DNA of 64,000 bases from Macrostomum hystrix (GCA_950097015.1 CATNEN010000001.1:248001-312000); one strand, 5' to 3'; counted from the first letter of the stretch, positions 35,164 to 48,228 are shown. The notes: generated by a model from the letters alone, not told the origin. Translations and numbers: made by a program.

Positions 35164-35635
35164 ATTCATGAGCGCCTATGAGCAGCGCGTTGAACCGCCC
35201 GATCGTCACTGGCAGTACCTTCTATTCGCCGCCGAACCATACGAGACCATCGCCTTCAAGGTGCCATCTCGCGAGGTTGACAAAGACAGCAAGCGGCTCT
35301 GGACGCATTGGAATAAAGACGCTAAGCAATTCTTCTTTCAGTTCGCTTTCCGTTTAGACTCTGGCGGCGGCTTCGGGGGCCGGCCTAGCGGAGTGCTGCG
35401 CGATTTGGAAGCTCAGAAGGCCAAGGCGGCTGCAGCTCAGATGCAGCTAGCCATGCAACAGCCGCCTCCTCCGCCACCGCCTCTGCCTGTCTCCGTGTCT
35501 GCGCCTCCGCCGCCGCCGCCTCCGCCCATGCTGCCGCCGCCTCCACCTCCCCCGCCTCCGCCGCCGCCTATGCGAGCTCCGCCTCCGCCGCCACCACCAC
35601 CGCCGCCTCCTCCACCACCGCCGCCTCCGTCTTAG
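35164..35635 (+). CDS. SF3A2: SF3A2 exon 2 with proline-rich C-terminus
   Basis: ttag|A TTC ATG; FMSAYEQRVEPPDRHWQYLLFAAEPYETIAFKVPSREVD; phase matches exon 1. Confidence 0.96.
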
Positions 35636-35709
35636 GCTACGACTAAAGTATAGCATGTTTAGTTCCTTACCTGTCTATTGTTCGCTTTTAACTAACAGTT
35701 TAACACACC

Positions 35710-35885
35710 ACTCTGCCCTTCACAATCTCCTGCCGCTCTACCCTTCACAATCTCCTGCCGCTCTACCCTCCACAATCTCCCGCCGCTCTACCCTTCACAA
35801 TCTCCTGCCGCTCTACCCTTCACAATCTCCTGCCGCTCTACCCTTCACAATCTCCCGCCGCTCTACCCTCCACAATCTCCCGCTG
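35710..35885. repeat. 25-bp minisatellite in SF3A2 3' UTR
   Basis: cacaatctcctgccgctctaccctt repeated. Confidence 0.85.
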
Positions 35886-36797
35886 AAGGGTAGAGATTAA
35901 TTTAGACTGCTTAATGTCAATGTTTAATTCAACAACATACAGTTTTGTACTTTTTGTACCGCTCTGTACTTTTCGTTCTGTCTATTCCAATCGATATTTA
36001 AATCACTTTTTTGTTGTAAATACATTGAAAGATCAACAGTAAAATATAATGTGTATTAATAGTTACAAAAAATAAGCGCAATTTAATATAAACGTACTAT
36101 ACAAGGTTAATTAGCGTCTTAGTTAATTATACGCGTTCAAATGAATAAATAGATAATTCTTATCATTATACTATGGGGCCATGCTTCTTAAATGACACTC
36201 GCTCGACCGAAATTTTTATCGTTCCACCACCACTCCGAACCCTTGCTGATAATAGATAGATTAATGCATTAGCACAGGTGCGCAAAGGTCTAGACTTTGG
36301 GGCTGAAGCATTAATTATTAGTTTCGCTTTGTACCCAATCAATACCAGTAAAGCTTTTAACCGAAAACTGTACATGCGACACTGCTCAGACTCAACTCAC
36401 TTCGCCTTCTGGTTGGCTAAAATGTTTAACTCTATAAATAGGCCACACTGGACTTAAGATCGCTTTACTCTTCTTACTGTATAGAATTATTGAATAGAAA
36501 ATGAATTCTGCATAGTCTAGTTTTTATCTTAACCTATACGGTGGGCCGGTTCTGGTTTCTAAAACCAACTCTGGTTTGAGAAGCTCTCTCTCCTTCTCTT
36601 CTCTTCTCTTCTCTTCAGCAGCGTAGCAACAGCAAGTGTGTGGGAGTTAGATTATAGAACTCTATATATAAATACGAACTCTTTACTATATTTGTTTTAA
36701 AGGCCTGCCCTAACTTGAAATTCAGTATAGGACAACTTACAAAATAGCTCTAGAAGTTTGATTTCTACATTAACAAGAATCGAAAATTTTCTTTTTT

Positions 36798-36853
36798 ATG
36801 TCCGATAGCGTAATAGAAGGTTCCATTGTTGGCCAATTTTATACTGAAGCTAG
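36798..36853 (+). CDS. UGCG: Ceramide glucosyltransferase, putative exon 1
   Basis: ATG...AG|gtgagc; phase 2 joins exon 2 in frame. Confidence 0.5.
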
Positions 36854-36936
36854 GTGAGCTTAGAAGTTAATTATCTTGTTTTTTGTTGATCTGATTTTTT
36901 AAACACCTCCGCCGCTTACCATCTAATCCATTTCAG

Positions 36937-37098
36937 CGGCATGCTGGGTTTCTGGCCAAATGACGGCTCACCGATTGCCGTCGACTCGTTGAGTACGGAA
37001 GATATCATCCTGGCTTATTTTCTATTCTCTATAGCTATACCGCCTCTACTGATGTGGCTTTACCAGATGGTGTTCTTTGTCCTCGCCTGGTACACTTG
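36937..37098 (+). CDS. UGCG: Ceramide glucosyltransferase exon 2 (N-terminal TM helix)
   Basis: tttcag acceptor; hydrophobic ILAYFLFSIAIPPLLMWLYQMVFFVLAW; TG|gtgagt donor in phase with the next exon. Confidence 0.75.
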
Positions 37099-37135
37099 GT
37101 GAGTTTATACTAGGCTTATGGTTACTTAAATTTTA

Positions 37136-37470
37136 GGGTCAGTGGCAAAGCGGTTATCGTGTTTGCCTCTCGCACCACGGTCACTAAGTTCGATTCTACG
37201 GCGAGGCCACATTTATTTGGGGCGCAGCCGCTGAGTGAAGGCTTTGGGGGCTTGTCGTACGATTTCAGCCCTTAAGGGCCAACCTCCAAGGCACAGTGAT
37301 AGTGTACACACCTGTGTGAGCGTGTGCCTGCGTACAGTATCTGTGTGCGTGTGTGCTCAGGAGTCAGCGAAATGGGCAGAATTGCCTCCTCGCTGGCTGC
37401 GGGTCTAGTGTCACCAAATGATGTGCCATCGCACGCTGGCCTCCTGCAATTATTATTATTATTATTATAT
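37136..37470 (+). mobile_element. tRNA-derived SINE in UGCG intron
   Basis: A box tggcaaagcgg, B box agttcgattc, (tat)n tail; 3' part also found at 2098-2158. Confidence 0.7.
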
Positions 37471-37495
37471 TTTGTTTACTAAATTGGCATTACAG

Positions 37496-37740
37496 CCGCT
37501 ATCATCTGCATCAACCGAAGACTTTGGCGGATCTAAACGGCAACCTACCAGGTGTCAGCATCGTGAAGCCACTGATGGGCATCGACCCATTCCTAGAAGG
37601 CAATCTAGTGTCACACTTCACTTTGCAATATCCCAAATTTGAATTGTTGCTATGCGTTCAAGATGATCAGGATCCCGTCCTTGGATTGGTTAAATTATTG
37701 CGAGAACGGTTTCCTAATGTGGATTGTCGATTGTTTATTG
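37496..37740 (+). CDS. UGCG: Ceramide glucosyltransferase exon 3
   Basis: LPGVSIVKPLMGIDPFLEGNLVSHFTLQYPKFELLLCVQDDQDP...RLFIG matches GT21 N-terminal region. Confidence 0.9.
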
Positions 37741-38648
37741 GTGAGTCCGATTTAAGTTTCTGATTAGGTTTACAAGATAGAGTGAGACCTCATATTGACT
37801 AGATCTCTAGTTAGAATATATCTATGTGGCTATTGAATTACATAATTAGTACCGTTTGCAAAAAGAAATCACTGGCATTATATTTCCTACAGGCTCATTT
37901 AGTAATTATTAGCTAAATTACGAGCTAGCAACTCGTAGAAACCATTTTTTTAATAATAATAATAGTGCTCATAGAAGATTCAAGAGCATATCCACTGTTT
38001 CATGCATTTACCCATTAGAAACTGCTTTCTATGCTCTCTTCTAGCTCCTGTCAACTGTGCAGCTAGTCAGAACTGGTTAATGGATGAAAGCTTTAGTAAA
38101 CCTTTGTTTGAAACTTTTTGGGTTCTTCAGAGAGAAAACATTCCTGCAGTAAACTGTACACTTCTCACTAGATTGCGTCGCTGTTTAACAATTGAGCTAA
38201 CTGCTTTTAAACAGACCAGCCTCGCCAATATGTCCCCCCTCCGCCCGCGGTTTTATTCATGCTTTTCTTCTCTATTCTAACTTCGTCTCTTACTTCTCTC
38301 TGTCTGTACTGTGACTCGGCTAAGCTATTTTTAGAATGTCGATGCGCTGAATCTAGCTGTCTGTTGACACTTTCCTCTAGTTTCTTCTCAGCTTTTAAAA
38401 CTGTTGCCTTGCCACCGTCTGCTTGTGTTGTGTGTGTGGATCTGTCATGAATTCTGGCATTGTACAGGTTATACGAGATGTGTTAGTTATAGACATTATA
38501 TAGTATAGTAACAATAAGAGGCATTAGAATTATTTAGCTTTTGAAATACAAACTCCTCCAGGGAGTTAGTGGCCTTTTCCATTGTCATGTGCCTTAATGG
38601 TTAGTCCTCGATGTGTATGCGCCAGAAGTGTATGTGTCCACGCCGCTA

Positions 38649-38988
38649 AAGCAATCCACCATCACTGGAATAGACTAGCAATCCACTACCACTGGAATAG
38701 ACTAGCAATCCACTACCACTGAAAAAGACTAGCAATCCACTACCACTGGAATAGACTAGCAATCCACCATCACTGGAATAGACTAGCAATCCACTATCAC
38801 TGGAATAGACTAGCAATCCACTATCACTGGAATAGACTAGCAATCCACTATCACTGGAATAGACTAGCAATCCACCATCACTGGAATAGACTAGCAATCC
38901 ACCATCACTGGAATAGACTAGCAATCCACCATCACTGGAATAGACTAGCAATCCACCATCACTAGAATAGACTAGCAATCCACTACTA
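38649..38988. repeat. 27-bp minisatellite in UGCG intron
   Basis: agcaatccaccatcactggaatagact repeated. Confidence 0.9.
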
Positions 38989-39016
38989 GTTTTGATTCGC
39001 ACCGCGTCGTCCGCAG

Positions 39017-39891
39017 GTGGCAAAGAAGGCGTCGTGAATCCCATGGTGCACAACATGGCTCCAGCCTACGACAATGCCAAATACGATCTAGTCTGGGTGT
39101 CCACATCTCGCATTCGGGCCTCGACGCAAATCCTTGAAGATTTGGTAGCCAGAGCTGCCGCCGATCCTAGCGTAGCCATTGTTCATCAGCTGCCATTCAT
39201 GCGCAACGACTCCGTGCACTGTATGGCGGCCATTGTAGAGAAGGTTGCATTCGGCTGCAATCTGGGCAAGCAGTACCTATCGCTGAGTCAATTGGGTACT
39301 CACATCTTCACTGGTATGAGCTATCTGGTTCGCAAACCATATCTGGATAAACTAGGCGGCCTTACATTCTACGGTCGCTATCTAGCCGAAGATTTCTGCC
39401 TATCCAGAGACTTACAAAAGGCCGGCTATCAGCTAGTACTGTCGGCCTATCCCGCCGAGCAGATTGTAGCATCGGCCACCATTGCCGGCTATAAAGATCG
39501 CATGGTTCGATGGTGGCGACTACGGTTGAATATGATGCCTATTGTTACCCTGGTGCTGGAGCCGCTAACCGAATGCCTACTGCTTGGCTTCTACACCTCC
39601 TGGGCTGTCTATTACCTGTTCGACTTTAATCCCTATTATTCTATGCTAATACACCTGCTATTGTGGATCGGCTTAGACTATGCCCAGCTTAGGCGCATTC
39701 AGAATGGCCCGCTGCCGTTTACATTCTTCTCATTTCTACTGGCCTGGTGTCTCAGGGAGCTGCTCAACTTTGCAGTCTATGTTGAAGGCCTGTCGAGTCC
39801 TAGGCGAGTGGCCTGGGGTCGGCGCACCTACCAGCTGTCGCTAAATGGACTCACCTCAGTAGTTAATAATAAGCCGCCTGTGCCTCTGTGA
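39017..39891 (+). CDS. UGCG: Ceramide glucosyltransferase exon 4
   Basis: TGMS, YLAEDF, RMVRWWRLR and EPLTECLL motifs of GT21; ccgcag acceptor. Confidence 0.9.
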
Positions 39892-40302
39892 ATCTCCAGT
39901 CTAATTTAATATTGTTTATCGATTTAATTTTGCAGTTTATACAGTAGGACTACCAAGCTATTTTGCCGGGTCTATGAGTTTTCCAGCGACGAAAATTTGC
40001 CGCAGAAGCTTTCCCCGCACGAGATTCTCCCGCAGGAAACTCCCCGCCGAGATTTTCCCGCAAGAAATGTCTCGTGATGGCCTATTTACTTTCCTACCTG
40101 TCTGTCTGTCTGACTGACTGTCTGCCTGGCTGGCTATTTGTGTCGACAGACAGGTAGGGGAAAATTCGTGTGGGGAAAGCTAGGGTGTCCTGTGGTTGAA
40201 CTGCGCCTAATATTTTGGCTTAGTAGTAATTCGCGTCAGGGTGTCCATAGTGGCCAAGTTCCACCTGTTGTAGTCCTTAAAGGTCAAGAAGTTCGTCTAA
40301 AT

Positions 40303-40609
40303 CAAGGGTCGGCAAACTCCGGCCCGCAGGCCAGATGCGGCCCTCGAAGCTCCCAAATCCGGCCCGTTGCCCCTTCTGACATCTACAATGTCCTGTTTCA
40401 TCTCTCCCGTGTCTTATCTCTCCCGTGTCTCATCTCCCCCGTGTCTAATCTCTCCCGTGTCTCATCTCTCCCGTGTCTCATCTCTCCCGTGTCTTATCTC
40501 TCCCGTGTCTCATCTCTCCCCTATCTCATATTTATACAGTCAATGCGGCCCGCTGTCGTATTTTAGTTTCTCTCTTTGGCCCGCCAGCAAATAAGTTTGC
40601 CTACCCCTG
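40303..40609 (+). mobile_element. hAT/Charlie-type MITE with internal CT-rich repeats
   Basis: TIRs caagggtcggcaaact / agtttgcctacccctg; perfect 8-bp TSD gtctaaat; ggcccg subterminal motifs. Confidence 0.88.
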
Positions 40610-41484
40610 GTCTAAATAGCTGTAGGTGACCACCGAGGACGGAGGTGATGCGGGCACATTCGGGTGACATGGTGATAGAGTTCAAAGGCCTGGCAAGGCG
40701 GCACTGAGGCGCAGTGCTAATTTGTGTATTTGGGTGTGTGAAATACACTAGCGCTTATGGGAAAAATCTGACCGTCGGCCAGAATCATTGAATATCTCTA
40801 CGGTTGCGTTGCTCCGTTTGGGTGCAGCGAAACAATTGTCAGGAAGGATTTCACCTTGGTAGTTCTAATGTTAATAAACTCAAGCTGCAGTTATCCTGTT
40901 AGGCAGCCTTGTTTGCATATCTATGGTAGGCACTTTCTTTTGTTTCAATTCGTTAACGTTAATCGTTAAAAAATATACAAGATACTAATTTTTTAACGAT
41001 TTTAAATGCCCACCACCGTCTATAAATAACAAGAAGCAGTTTTCGGGCGCTTCTGTTGTTTAAATGTCACAGTTAAATAGAGCCGATTTCCCTACAAGCA
41101 AAAACTGTCTAATTTTAATTGTCCGTTTGATAATGCCTATCAGATTTCTTGATTCATGGGCCTATGTTGTCAATTCTTTTTGAACCATTTACCGCCCTTC
41201 AAGTGCTTTGTTTATCGCTATTTTACATCTCTAGACATTATTTTTATCAGTGGCTTGTAGAAAAATCAAAACTACTAAATTATGGCTGTGCTGATGATAA
41301 AATTCAGTTCAGAATTCAGAATTTATTCTTTATCTACTACTACCTTTAGATATTGAGAGTTGGTCACTAATCCTTTTAGTTATATAGTCATTATTCCCTT
41401 ATATGCTGTCAACTATCCATTGGCTTTTATTCAGGAACTATAAGTCCTTTACAGTGGATCAATTATCCGCGGATCGCTAATCTC

Positions 41485-41730
41485 TTTAGGATTATTGTCG
41501 GTGGATCACTAATCCATTGGATTATTGTCAGTAGATCACTAATCCATTGGATTATTGTCAGTGGATCACTAATCCTTTGGATTATTGTCAGTGGATCACT
41601 AATCCATTGGATTATTGTCAGTAGATCACTAATCCTTTGGATTATTGTCAGTGGATCACTAATCCATTGGATTATTGGCAGTGGATCACTAATCCTTTGG
41701 ATTATTGTCAGTGGATCACTAATCCTTGAG
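41485..41730. repeat. 30-bp minisatellite
   Basis: attattgtcagtggatcactaatccattgg repeated. Confidence 0.9.
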
Positions 41731-42794
41731 ATTATATCTAAAGATTTGATCCATCTCATTGTGGTCATTAGGACAATAATTCCTTTTATAATAAAGCTAA
41801 TTTCTTGTTTATCAAATGCTTTTAAGTAGTTTTTCTTTTATTAATCTCTAGTTAAAATGTGCTGTTTAAGGCATGTCTGACATTTAGAATAGGATTTTAC
41901 TATTTCTATGCGTATATACTCAAGCATCATGTCCAATCTGTGATAATACTGAAGTGTTAATGTTAATTATATCTTTGATTTTAGTTTTCTACATTGTCTT
42001 ATTTTGCGTTGCTTCTGTCTAGGTTTTATGATAATAAACTGAATCGGTAAGCTGACAACTAGTTTTTAGTTATTCTCTCCTGTTTTTCATAGACTTCTCT
42101 TCAGTTATACTACTGTCCGCTAAAAAATTATCAGTAGTATGCAAGTTTAAGACAGCGACACAATATTATGTGCCTTGTGCTCAATCGCCCTATTTGCTGT
42201 TCGTTAGTAAAATATTCTGAAGACACTTAACAGTCTGTCTGTTCCCATGACTACAGAAATCATTTAGCTTTTTTCTTAGTCGTTCTACATTATTACTTAA
42301 GTTTATTTTTCTATTCGACAGGTTTTTGTATCGAAAGTCACAAAGTCTGCAACATTCCTTCGCTGTTGTTAGCCTTCTATTTAATTATTGGCTTTTATAA
42401 TTGTACATGTGCCCTACATTATATTATATTCATTATTGTTGTAATGCATTAAGTGTTTACCCCCATCATTCGCGTATTTTATATAAGTTTTAAATCTCTT
42501 ACAATCTGCCAGTTTAGTGCTTGTAAACTTTTTAACTCTAATGTTTTTTCGTATTTTTTTAGAGAAAGTTACATGACTGCGTTATACTGTGTCTGTCAAT
42601 ACTTTTTGGTCTTGTTTTTCTCTGAATACATATTTATATATGCGCTTTTCGCTACTACTGGTCTTTAGTAGTGTCTTGTGCGCCATAAGAATTAAAGATC
42701 TTGTTTTCTTTTCTTCCGGCTCCAGTTTTCATTGTTTAAAACATATTTCATATAAAAACCGAACTTTAGGTTTAAATGCTGCTATGTTAACATC

Positions 42795-43432
42795 CATATC
42801 TGAACCCCTACCCACCCCAACCCCCCTGCTATGTACACTCAGCCATTTCTAAACCCCTACCCACCCCAACCCCCCTGCTATGTACACTCAGCCATTTCTA
42901 AACCCCTACCCACCCCAACCCCCCTGCTATGTACACTCAGCCATTTCTAAACCCCTACCCACCCCAACCCCCCTGCTATGTACACTCAGCCATTTCTAAA
43001 CCCCTACCCACCCCAACCCTCCTGCTATGTACGCTCAGCCATTTCTAAACCCCTACCCACCCCAACCCCCCTGCTATGTACACTCAGCCATTATCTGAAC
43101 CCCTACCCACCCCAACCCCCTGCTATGTACACTCAGCCATTATCTGAACCCCTACCCACCCCAACCCTCCTGCTATGTACACTCAGCCATTTCTAAACCC
43201 CTACCCACCCCAACCCCCCTGCTATGTACACTCAGCCATTTCTAAACCCCTACCCACCCCAACCCCCCTGCTATGTACACTCAGCCATTTCTAAACCCCT
43301 ACCCACCCCAACCCTCCTGCTATGTACACTCAGCCATTTCTAAACCCCTACCCACCCCAACCCTCCTGCTATTTACACTCAGCCATTATCTGAACCCCTA
43401 CCCACCCCAACCCCCTGCTATGTACACTCAGC
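42795..43432. repeat. ~49-bp minisatellite
   Basis: cccctacccaccccaacccccctgctatgtacactcagccatttctaaa repeated. Confidence 0.9.
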
Positions 43433-43495
43433 CAGTTCACACCCCGTCTGTGATATTCAACCAAGCATCAGTTCACTACTTTTGTTTGCCTTCAG

Positions 43496-45022
43496 GACTC
43501 GCCAGACAGTGAAAAATTAAACGGCACATTCAATTTGTCGCCGGAGAGTTCGTGCCTAGCAACGCCTCGGCCGGTGATAGGTACACCGGAGAATTCGCCC
43601 ACAACTGCAACTCCAAAACAGCAGCAGCAGCAGGTAGTGTCCATGTCCGCCGCTAAGATAGCTGTGACGGCAGTTGTAGCCTCAGCTATGAAACGACCCA
43701 ACGGTCGACAGCTAGCCACAGTGGGCGGCAAGCGTGTACAATTTGATCCGGCAATTAGTCAGCACAGAGAGCAATCTTTAACTAGAAATAGAAATGCTTT
43801 CCTACCGGCTAGGCTAGACTTTGATTCGCCAGATCAAATCTGCCTCAATCTGGCAGCTTTGCCGCGTCGCGTTCCAATCGATTCTGGTTTGACGGCTGCC
43901 CAGGCGGCAGAGCTAACTGAGGAACAATCTAAGCCAGCTGTATCAGCCACGCCAATAGTACATATGCCGCGTAGGGTGTTGGTAGCCACCGAACCGAATC
44001 AGACAAAGCGTGCCAAACCTGGCCGATTCAATAATATCGCCCAGACTGCTAGGCCGGCGTACAATAATGCTCAACTGAACTCGCATAGAGATCAGGCGAA
44101 TTGCTCGCCAACTAAGCAGTTCATTGCTAGCGGCGTATCTATCGGTTCGGGTGTGTCATCTGCTTCTCTATCTGCATCAAAGTCGAATCTGTTAAATCAG
44201 CGTGACCAAGCCTCATCTCCTACGGAAGCAGCATCTGTGTTTCAGTTTCCTGAATCGGTGTCAACCCTGCCTAGAAGAGTACCCATTGCTGGTGTTCCAT
44301 TGCCAGATGAGCCAATTGAGGAGCAATCTAAGCCAGCTGTATCGGCAACGCCAATAGTACATATGCCGCGTAGGGTGTTGGTAGCCACCGAACCGAATCA
44401 GGCAAAGCGTGCCAAACCTGGCCGATTCAATAATATCGCCCAGACTGCTAGGCCGGCGCACAATAATGCTCAACTGAACTCGCATAGAGATCAGGCGAAT
44501 TGCTCGCCAACTAAGCAGTTCATTGCTAGCGGCGTATCTATCGGTTCGAGTGTGTCATCTGCTTCTCTATCTGCATCAAAGTCGAATCTGTTAAATCAGC
44601 GTGACCAAGCCTCATCTCCTACGGAAGCAGCATCTGTGTTTCAGTTTCCTGAATCGGTGTCAACCCTGCCTAGAAGAGTACCCATTGCTGGTGTTCCATT
44701 GCCAGATGAGCCAATTGAGGAGCAATCTAAGCCAGCTGTATCGGCAACGCCAATAGTACATATGCCGCGTAGGGTGTTGGTAGCCACCGAACCGAATCAG
44801 GCAAAGCGTGCCAAACCTGGCCGATTCAATAATATCGCCCAGACTGCTAGGCCGGCGCACAATAATGCTCAACTGAACTCGCATAGAGATCAGGCGAATT
44901 GCTCGCCAACTAAGCAGTTCATTGCTAGCGGCGGAGCCAGTATTAGTAGTCGACTGCCGGCGCGTAAGGCCATTGTTGCTAACCAGAATTTAAAGCCGTT
45001 GCCAAAGCTGCGATTCGATTGA
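43496..45022 (+). CDS. Terminal exon of unknown disordered protein with 133-aa tandem repeats and a KRVQF motif
   Basis: ttcag acceptor at 43495 in frame with ~508 open codons; coding-like composition; 399-nt in-frame repeat. Confidence 0.7.
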   Translation, partial: DSPDSEKLNGTFNLSPESSCLATPRPVIGTPENSPTTATPKQQQQQVVSMSAAKIAVTAVVASAMKRPNGRQLATVGGKRVQFDPAISQHREQSLTRNRNAFLPARLDFDSPDQICLNLAALPRRVPIDSGLTAAQAAELTEEQSKPAVSATPIVHMPRRVLVATEPNQTKRAKPGRFNNIAQTARPAYNNAQLNSHRDQANCSPTKQFIASGVSIGSGVSSASLSASKSNLLNQRDQASSPTEAASVFQFPESVSTLPRRVPIAGVPLPDEPIEEQSKPAVSATPIVHMPRRVLVATEPNQAKRAKPGRFNNIAQTARPAHNNAQLNSHRDQANCSPTKQFIASGVSIGSSVSSASLSASKSNLLNQRDQASSPTEAASVFQFPESVSTLPRRVPIAGVPLPDEPIEEQSKPAVSATPIVHMPRRVLVATEPNQAKRAKPGRFNNIAQTARPAHNNAQLNSHRDQANCSPTKQFIASGGASISSRLPARKAIVANQNLKPLPKLRFD

Positions 45023-45859
45023 CTATGTTTATTCCTATAAACTTCATAATCTCCCATTGTGTCACATTCTCCCAAACTTCATAATCTCCCAATGTGTCAC
45101 ATTCTCCCAAACTTCATGATCTCCCAATTTATTCCCATTTTACGAAATTTTTCATATTATTCTATTGATAAATCATTTTAGTTTATAAAAATGTTCTGAA
45201 AATAACTTAGTTTAGAAACTTGATTGACTAATCGATTCAATTGTACGAGTAAAATATTCAGTTTTGTCTTTCCGAATTTACTTTGTCATTTAATTTTCTT
45301 ATTCTAGCCAATTTTAAATTCTAAAGCGCAAGATTGGAAACTAGCATTAATATGAGAAGGTCGCTTGTATAAATGTAAATGAACCTATTTGTGTATTTTT
45401 ATTGACAATGGCTAGTTTTCTTAACTTTTCATTTTGCTTTTCTGTCCAAAATGCGTTTAACTGTGTTTTATTTATGGCATTTGTGTCAATGTGTGTTTTT
45501 GTGGCATGATATTTTTGTAAAATAACTTCATTTATACTACTTCTATAAGTAAAATACAGCGGTTTGGCCTATATAAAATTTATTAAGCGCTAAAACTGAC
45601 CACAGTCAAAACAGGAAATTTACACAATGGAAAGAAGAGAAAATTATATGCCTCAAAATATTTTGTCAAGAATGACCTTCAAATTTGCTATTTAATTGGA
45701 CTTTAGAAATTTCATATCATGAGAAGGTCAATCGGGATTGAGGGATTGTAATTAAAGAGAGTAGCCGGTAAATTACACAACTCAATGAGAAGTACGTAGG
45801 TTGGACCAAAAATATTAACCCACCGGTGATTACCCACGAACTATTAATTACCACCCGAA

Positions 45860-46195
45860 GATAAATTACCCTGCTGGTTTTACCCACCGAAGATTACCCT
45901 GCTGGTTTTACCCACCGAAGATTACCCTGCTGGTTTTACCCACCGAAGATTACCCTGCTAGTTTTACCCACCAAAGATTACCCTTCTAGTTTTACTCCCC
46001 GATGATTACCCTTCTAGTTTTACTCCCCGAAGATTACCCTTCTAGTTTTACTCCCCGATGATTACCCATCTAGTTTTACTTCCCGATGATTACCCATCTA
46101 GTTTTACTTCCCGATGATTACCCATCTAGTTTTCCTTCCCGATGATTACCCTTCTAGTTTTACTCCCCGAAGATTACCCTGCTAGTTTTGCCCAA
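45860..46195. repeat. 28-bp minisatellite
   Basis: attaccctgctggttttacccaccgaag repeated. Confidence 0.88.
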
Positions 46196-46681
46196 AATTT
46201 TGATGCATAAACTTCGAATGGAAACAATTTTACTGCTGATGAAATCAGTTTTCATATGTATCGACCAAATCAATAAAGCAAATAATACTAAAGTACATAA
46301 TTTCACTCGAATTTACAAACTGATACGAACGCAGCGAATTTCCATAATCAGCAGCGTATAGCAATAGCGAAACAGTTTAAATATCGCTTTAAACTGCTTA
46401 CAAGCCGAACTGAATTTCAACTGACTGATAAAAACAGATTTCGTGAGTGGCATGCGCATGTGTGTCTAAAGGCGCGCACACCTGTACATTTGTGTACATA
46501 TACACCCGGCACGCGGGATTGTATTCGTGCACACACCTATACTACCCTGGGAGCGGAACAGGTTTATACTAGATTTTGGCTTCAACAAAATTGGCTGCCA
46601 GTGTATAATAGAAGATTTGACTTGGTAATAATCGCAAAATTTCTACCTTTAAACAAAGTGTACTCAGTAGCTGTAGTTACC

Positions 46682-47362
46682 ATGGCAACAATTTCGCGGC
46701 TGCAGATGCTGCATCGTTGTCTGCCTCGATATTCGCGCCGTCTGTTTTCGTCCTCTCAAGGAGCAGCCGTTAATCTGAACTACGATGATAATCTGAAACA
46801 GAGACGCGAACTATTAAGTCCCGGCCTAATCTCCTACTATGCCAAGCCGTTGTACATTGTGCGCGGCCGGGCACAATGGCTATGGGATCAGGAGGATAGG
46901 AAATATCTGGACATGTTTGGCGGTATTTGCACAGTTTCCGTTGGTCATTGTCATCCGAAGGTGAACTCAGCTCTGGCTGCTCAAAGTGAGCAGCTGTGGC
47001 ACACAACCAGCATCTATATGAGTCCGGCGCCGCAAGCCTACGCTAAGAAGTTGACAGCCAAACTGCCGCCCAGGCTGAGCGTCTGCTACTTCACCAACAG
47101 CGGCTCCGAGGCCAACGATCTGGCTGTGCTGATGGCTCGACTGTACACCCGCCGCTGGGAGGTCGTCACCCTACGCAACGGCTACCACGGCGCCAGCCCG
47201 TTCTTGATGGGGGCTACCGCTCTCTCCACTTGGCGATATTCGACTCCCACTGGGTTCGGCTTTGTCAACACGGCTCACCCGGATCCGTACAGGGGCGAGT
47301 GGGGCGGCCGGGCCTGCAGGGACTCGTCTGCTCAGCCTGATAGGACCTGCGGCTGCGAACCG
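46682..47362 (+). CDS. AGXT2: Alanine-glyoxylate aminotransferase 2 (class III PLP), exon 1
   Basis: Arg-rich mitochondrial-type leader; YLDMFGGICTVSVGHCHP, NSGSEANDLA, YHG motifs; CCG|gtaggt donor. Confidence 0.92.
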
Positions 47363-47389
47363 GTAGGTAGACTTGAAGGATTGGAGGGA

Positions 47390-48228
47390 TGGTGGGAGAT
47401 TAGAGGGACAGTGGGAGATTAGAGAGAGACAGTGGGAGATTAGAGGGACAGCGGGAAACAGTGGGAGATTAGAGAGAAACAGTGGGAGATTAGAGAGAGA
47501 CAGCGGGAGATTAGAGGGAGACAGTGGGAGATTAGAGGGAGACAGTGGGAGATTAGAGAGAGACAGTGGGAGATTAGAGGGACAGCGGGAGACAGTGGGA
47601 GATTAGAGAGAAACAGTGGGAGATTAGAGGGAGACAGTGGGAGATTAGAGAGAGACAGTGGGAGATTAGAGAGAGACAGCGGGAGATTAGAGGGAGACAG
47701 TGGGAGATTAGAGAGAGACGGTGGGAGATTAGAGGGAGACAGTGGGAGATTAGAGAGAGACAGTGGGAGATTAGAGGGACAGTGGGAGATTAGAGAGAGA
47801 CAGCGGGAGATTAGAGGGACAGTGGGAGATTAGAGGGACAGTGGGAGATTAGAGGGACAGTGGGAGATTAGAGGGACAGTGGGAGATTAGAGGGACAGTG
47901 GGAGATTAGAGAGACAGTGGGAGATTAGAGAGAGACAGTGGGAGATTAGAGAGACAGTGGGAGATTAGAGAGACAGTGGGAGATTAGAGAGACAGTGGGA
48001 GATTAGAGACAGTGGGAGATTAGAGAGAGACAGTGGGCGATTAGAGAGACAGTGGGAGATTAGAGGGACAGTGGGAGATTAGAGAGAGACAGCGGGAGAT
48101 TAGAGGGACAGTGGGAGATTAGAGGGACAGTGGGAGATTAGAGGGACAGTGGGAGATTAGAGGGACAGTGGGAGATTAGAGAGAGACAGCGGGAGATTAG
48201 AGAGACAGTGGGAGATTAGAGACAGACA
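47390..48228. repeat. GA-rich ~19-21-bp minisatellite in AGXT2 intron
   Basis: gtgggagattagagggaca variants. Confidence 0.92.

Noticed and set aside
37136-37210. tRNA gene
   Set aside because: A and B boxes present but no proper cloverleaf; followed by a SINE body and (tat)n tail
46460-46681. N-terminal extension of the AGXT2 ORF
   Set aside because: Starts at GTG and is not coding-like; ATG 46682 begins a typical mitochondrial presequence
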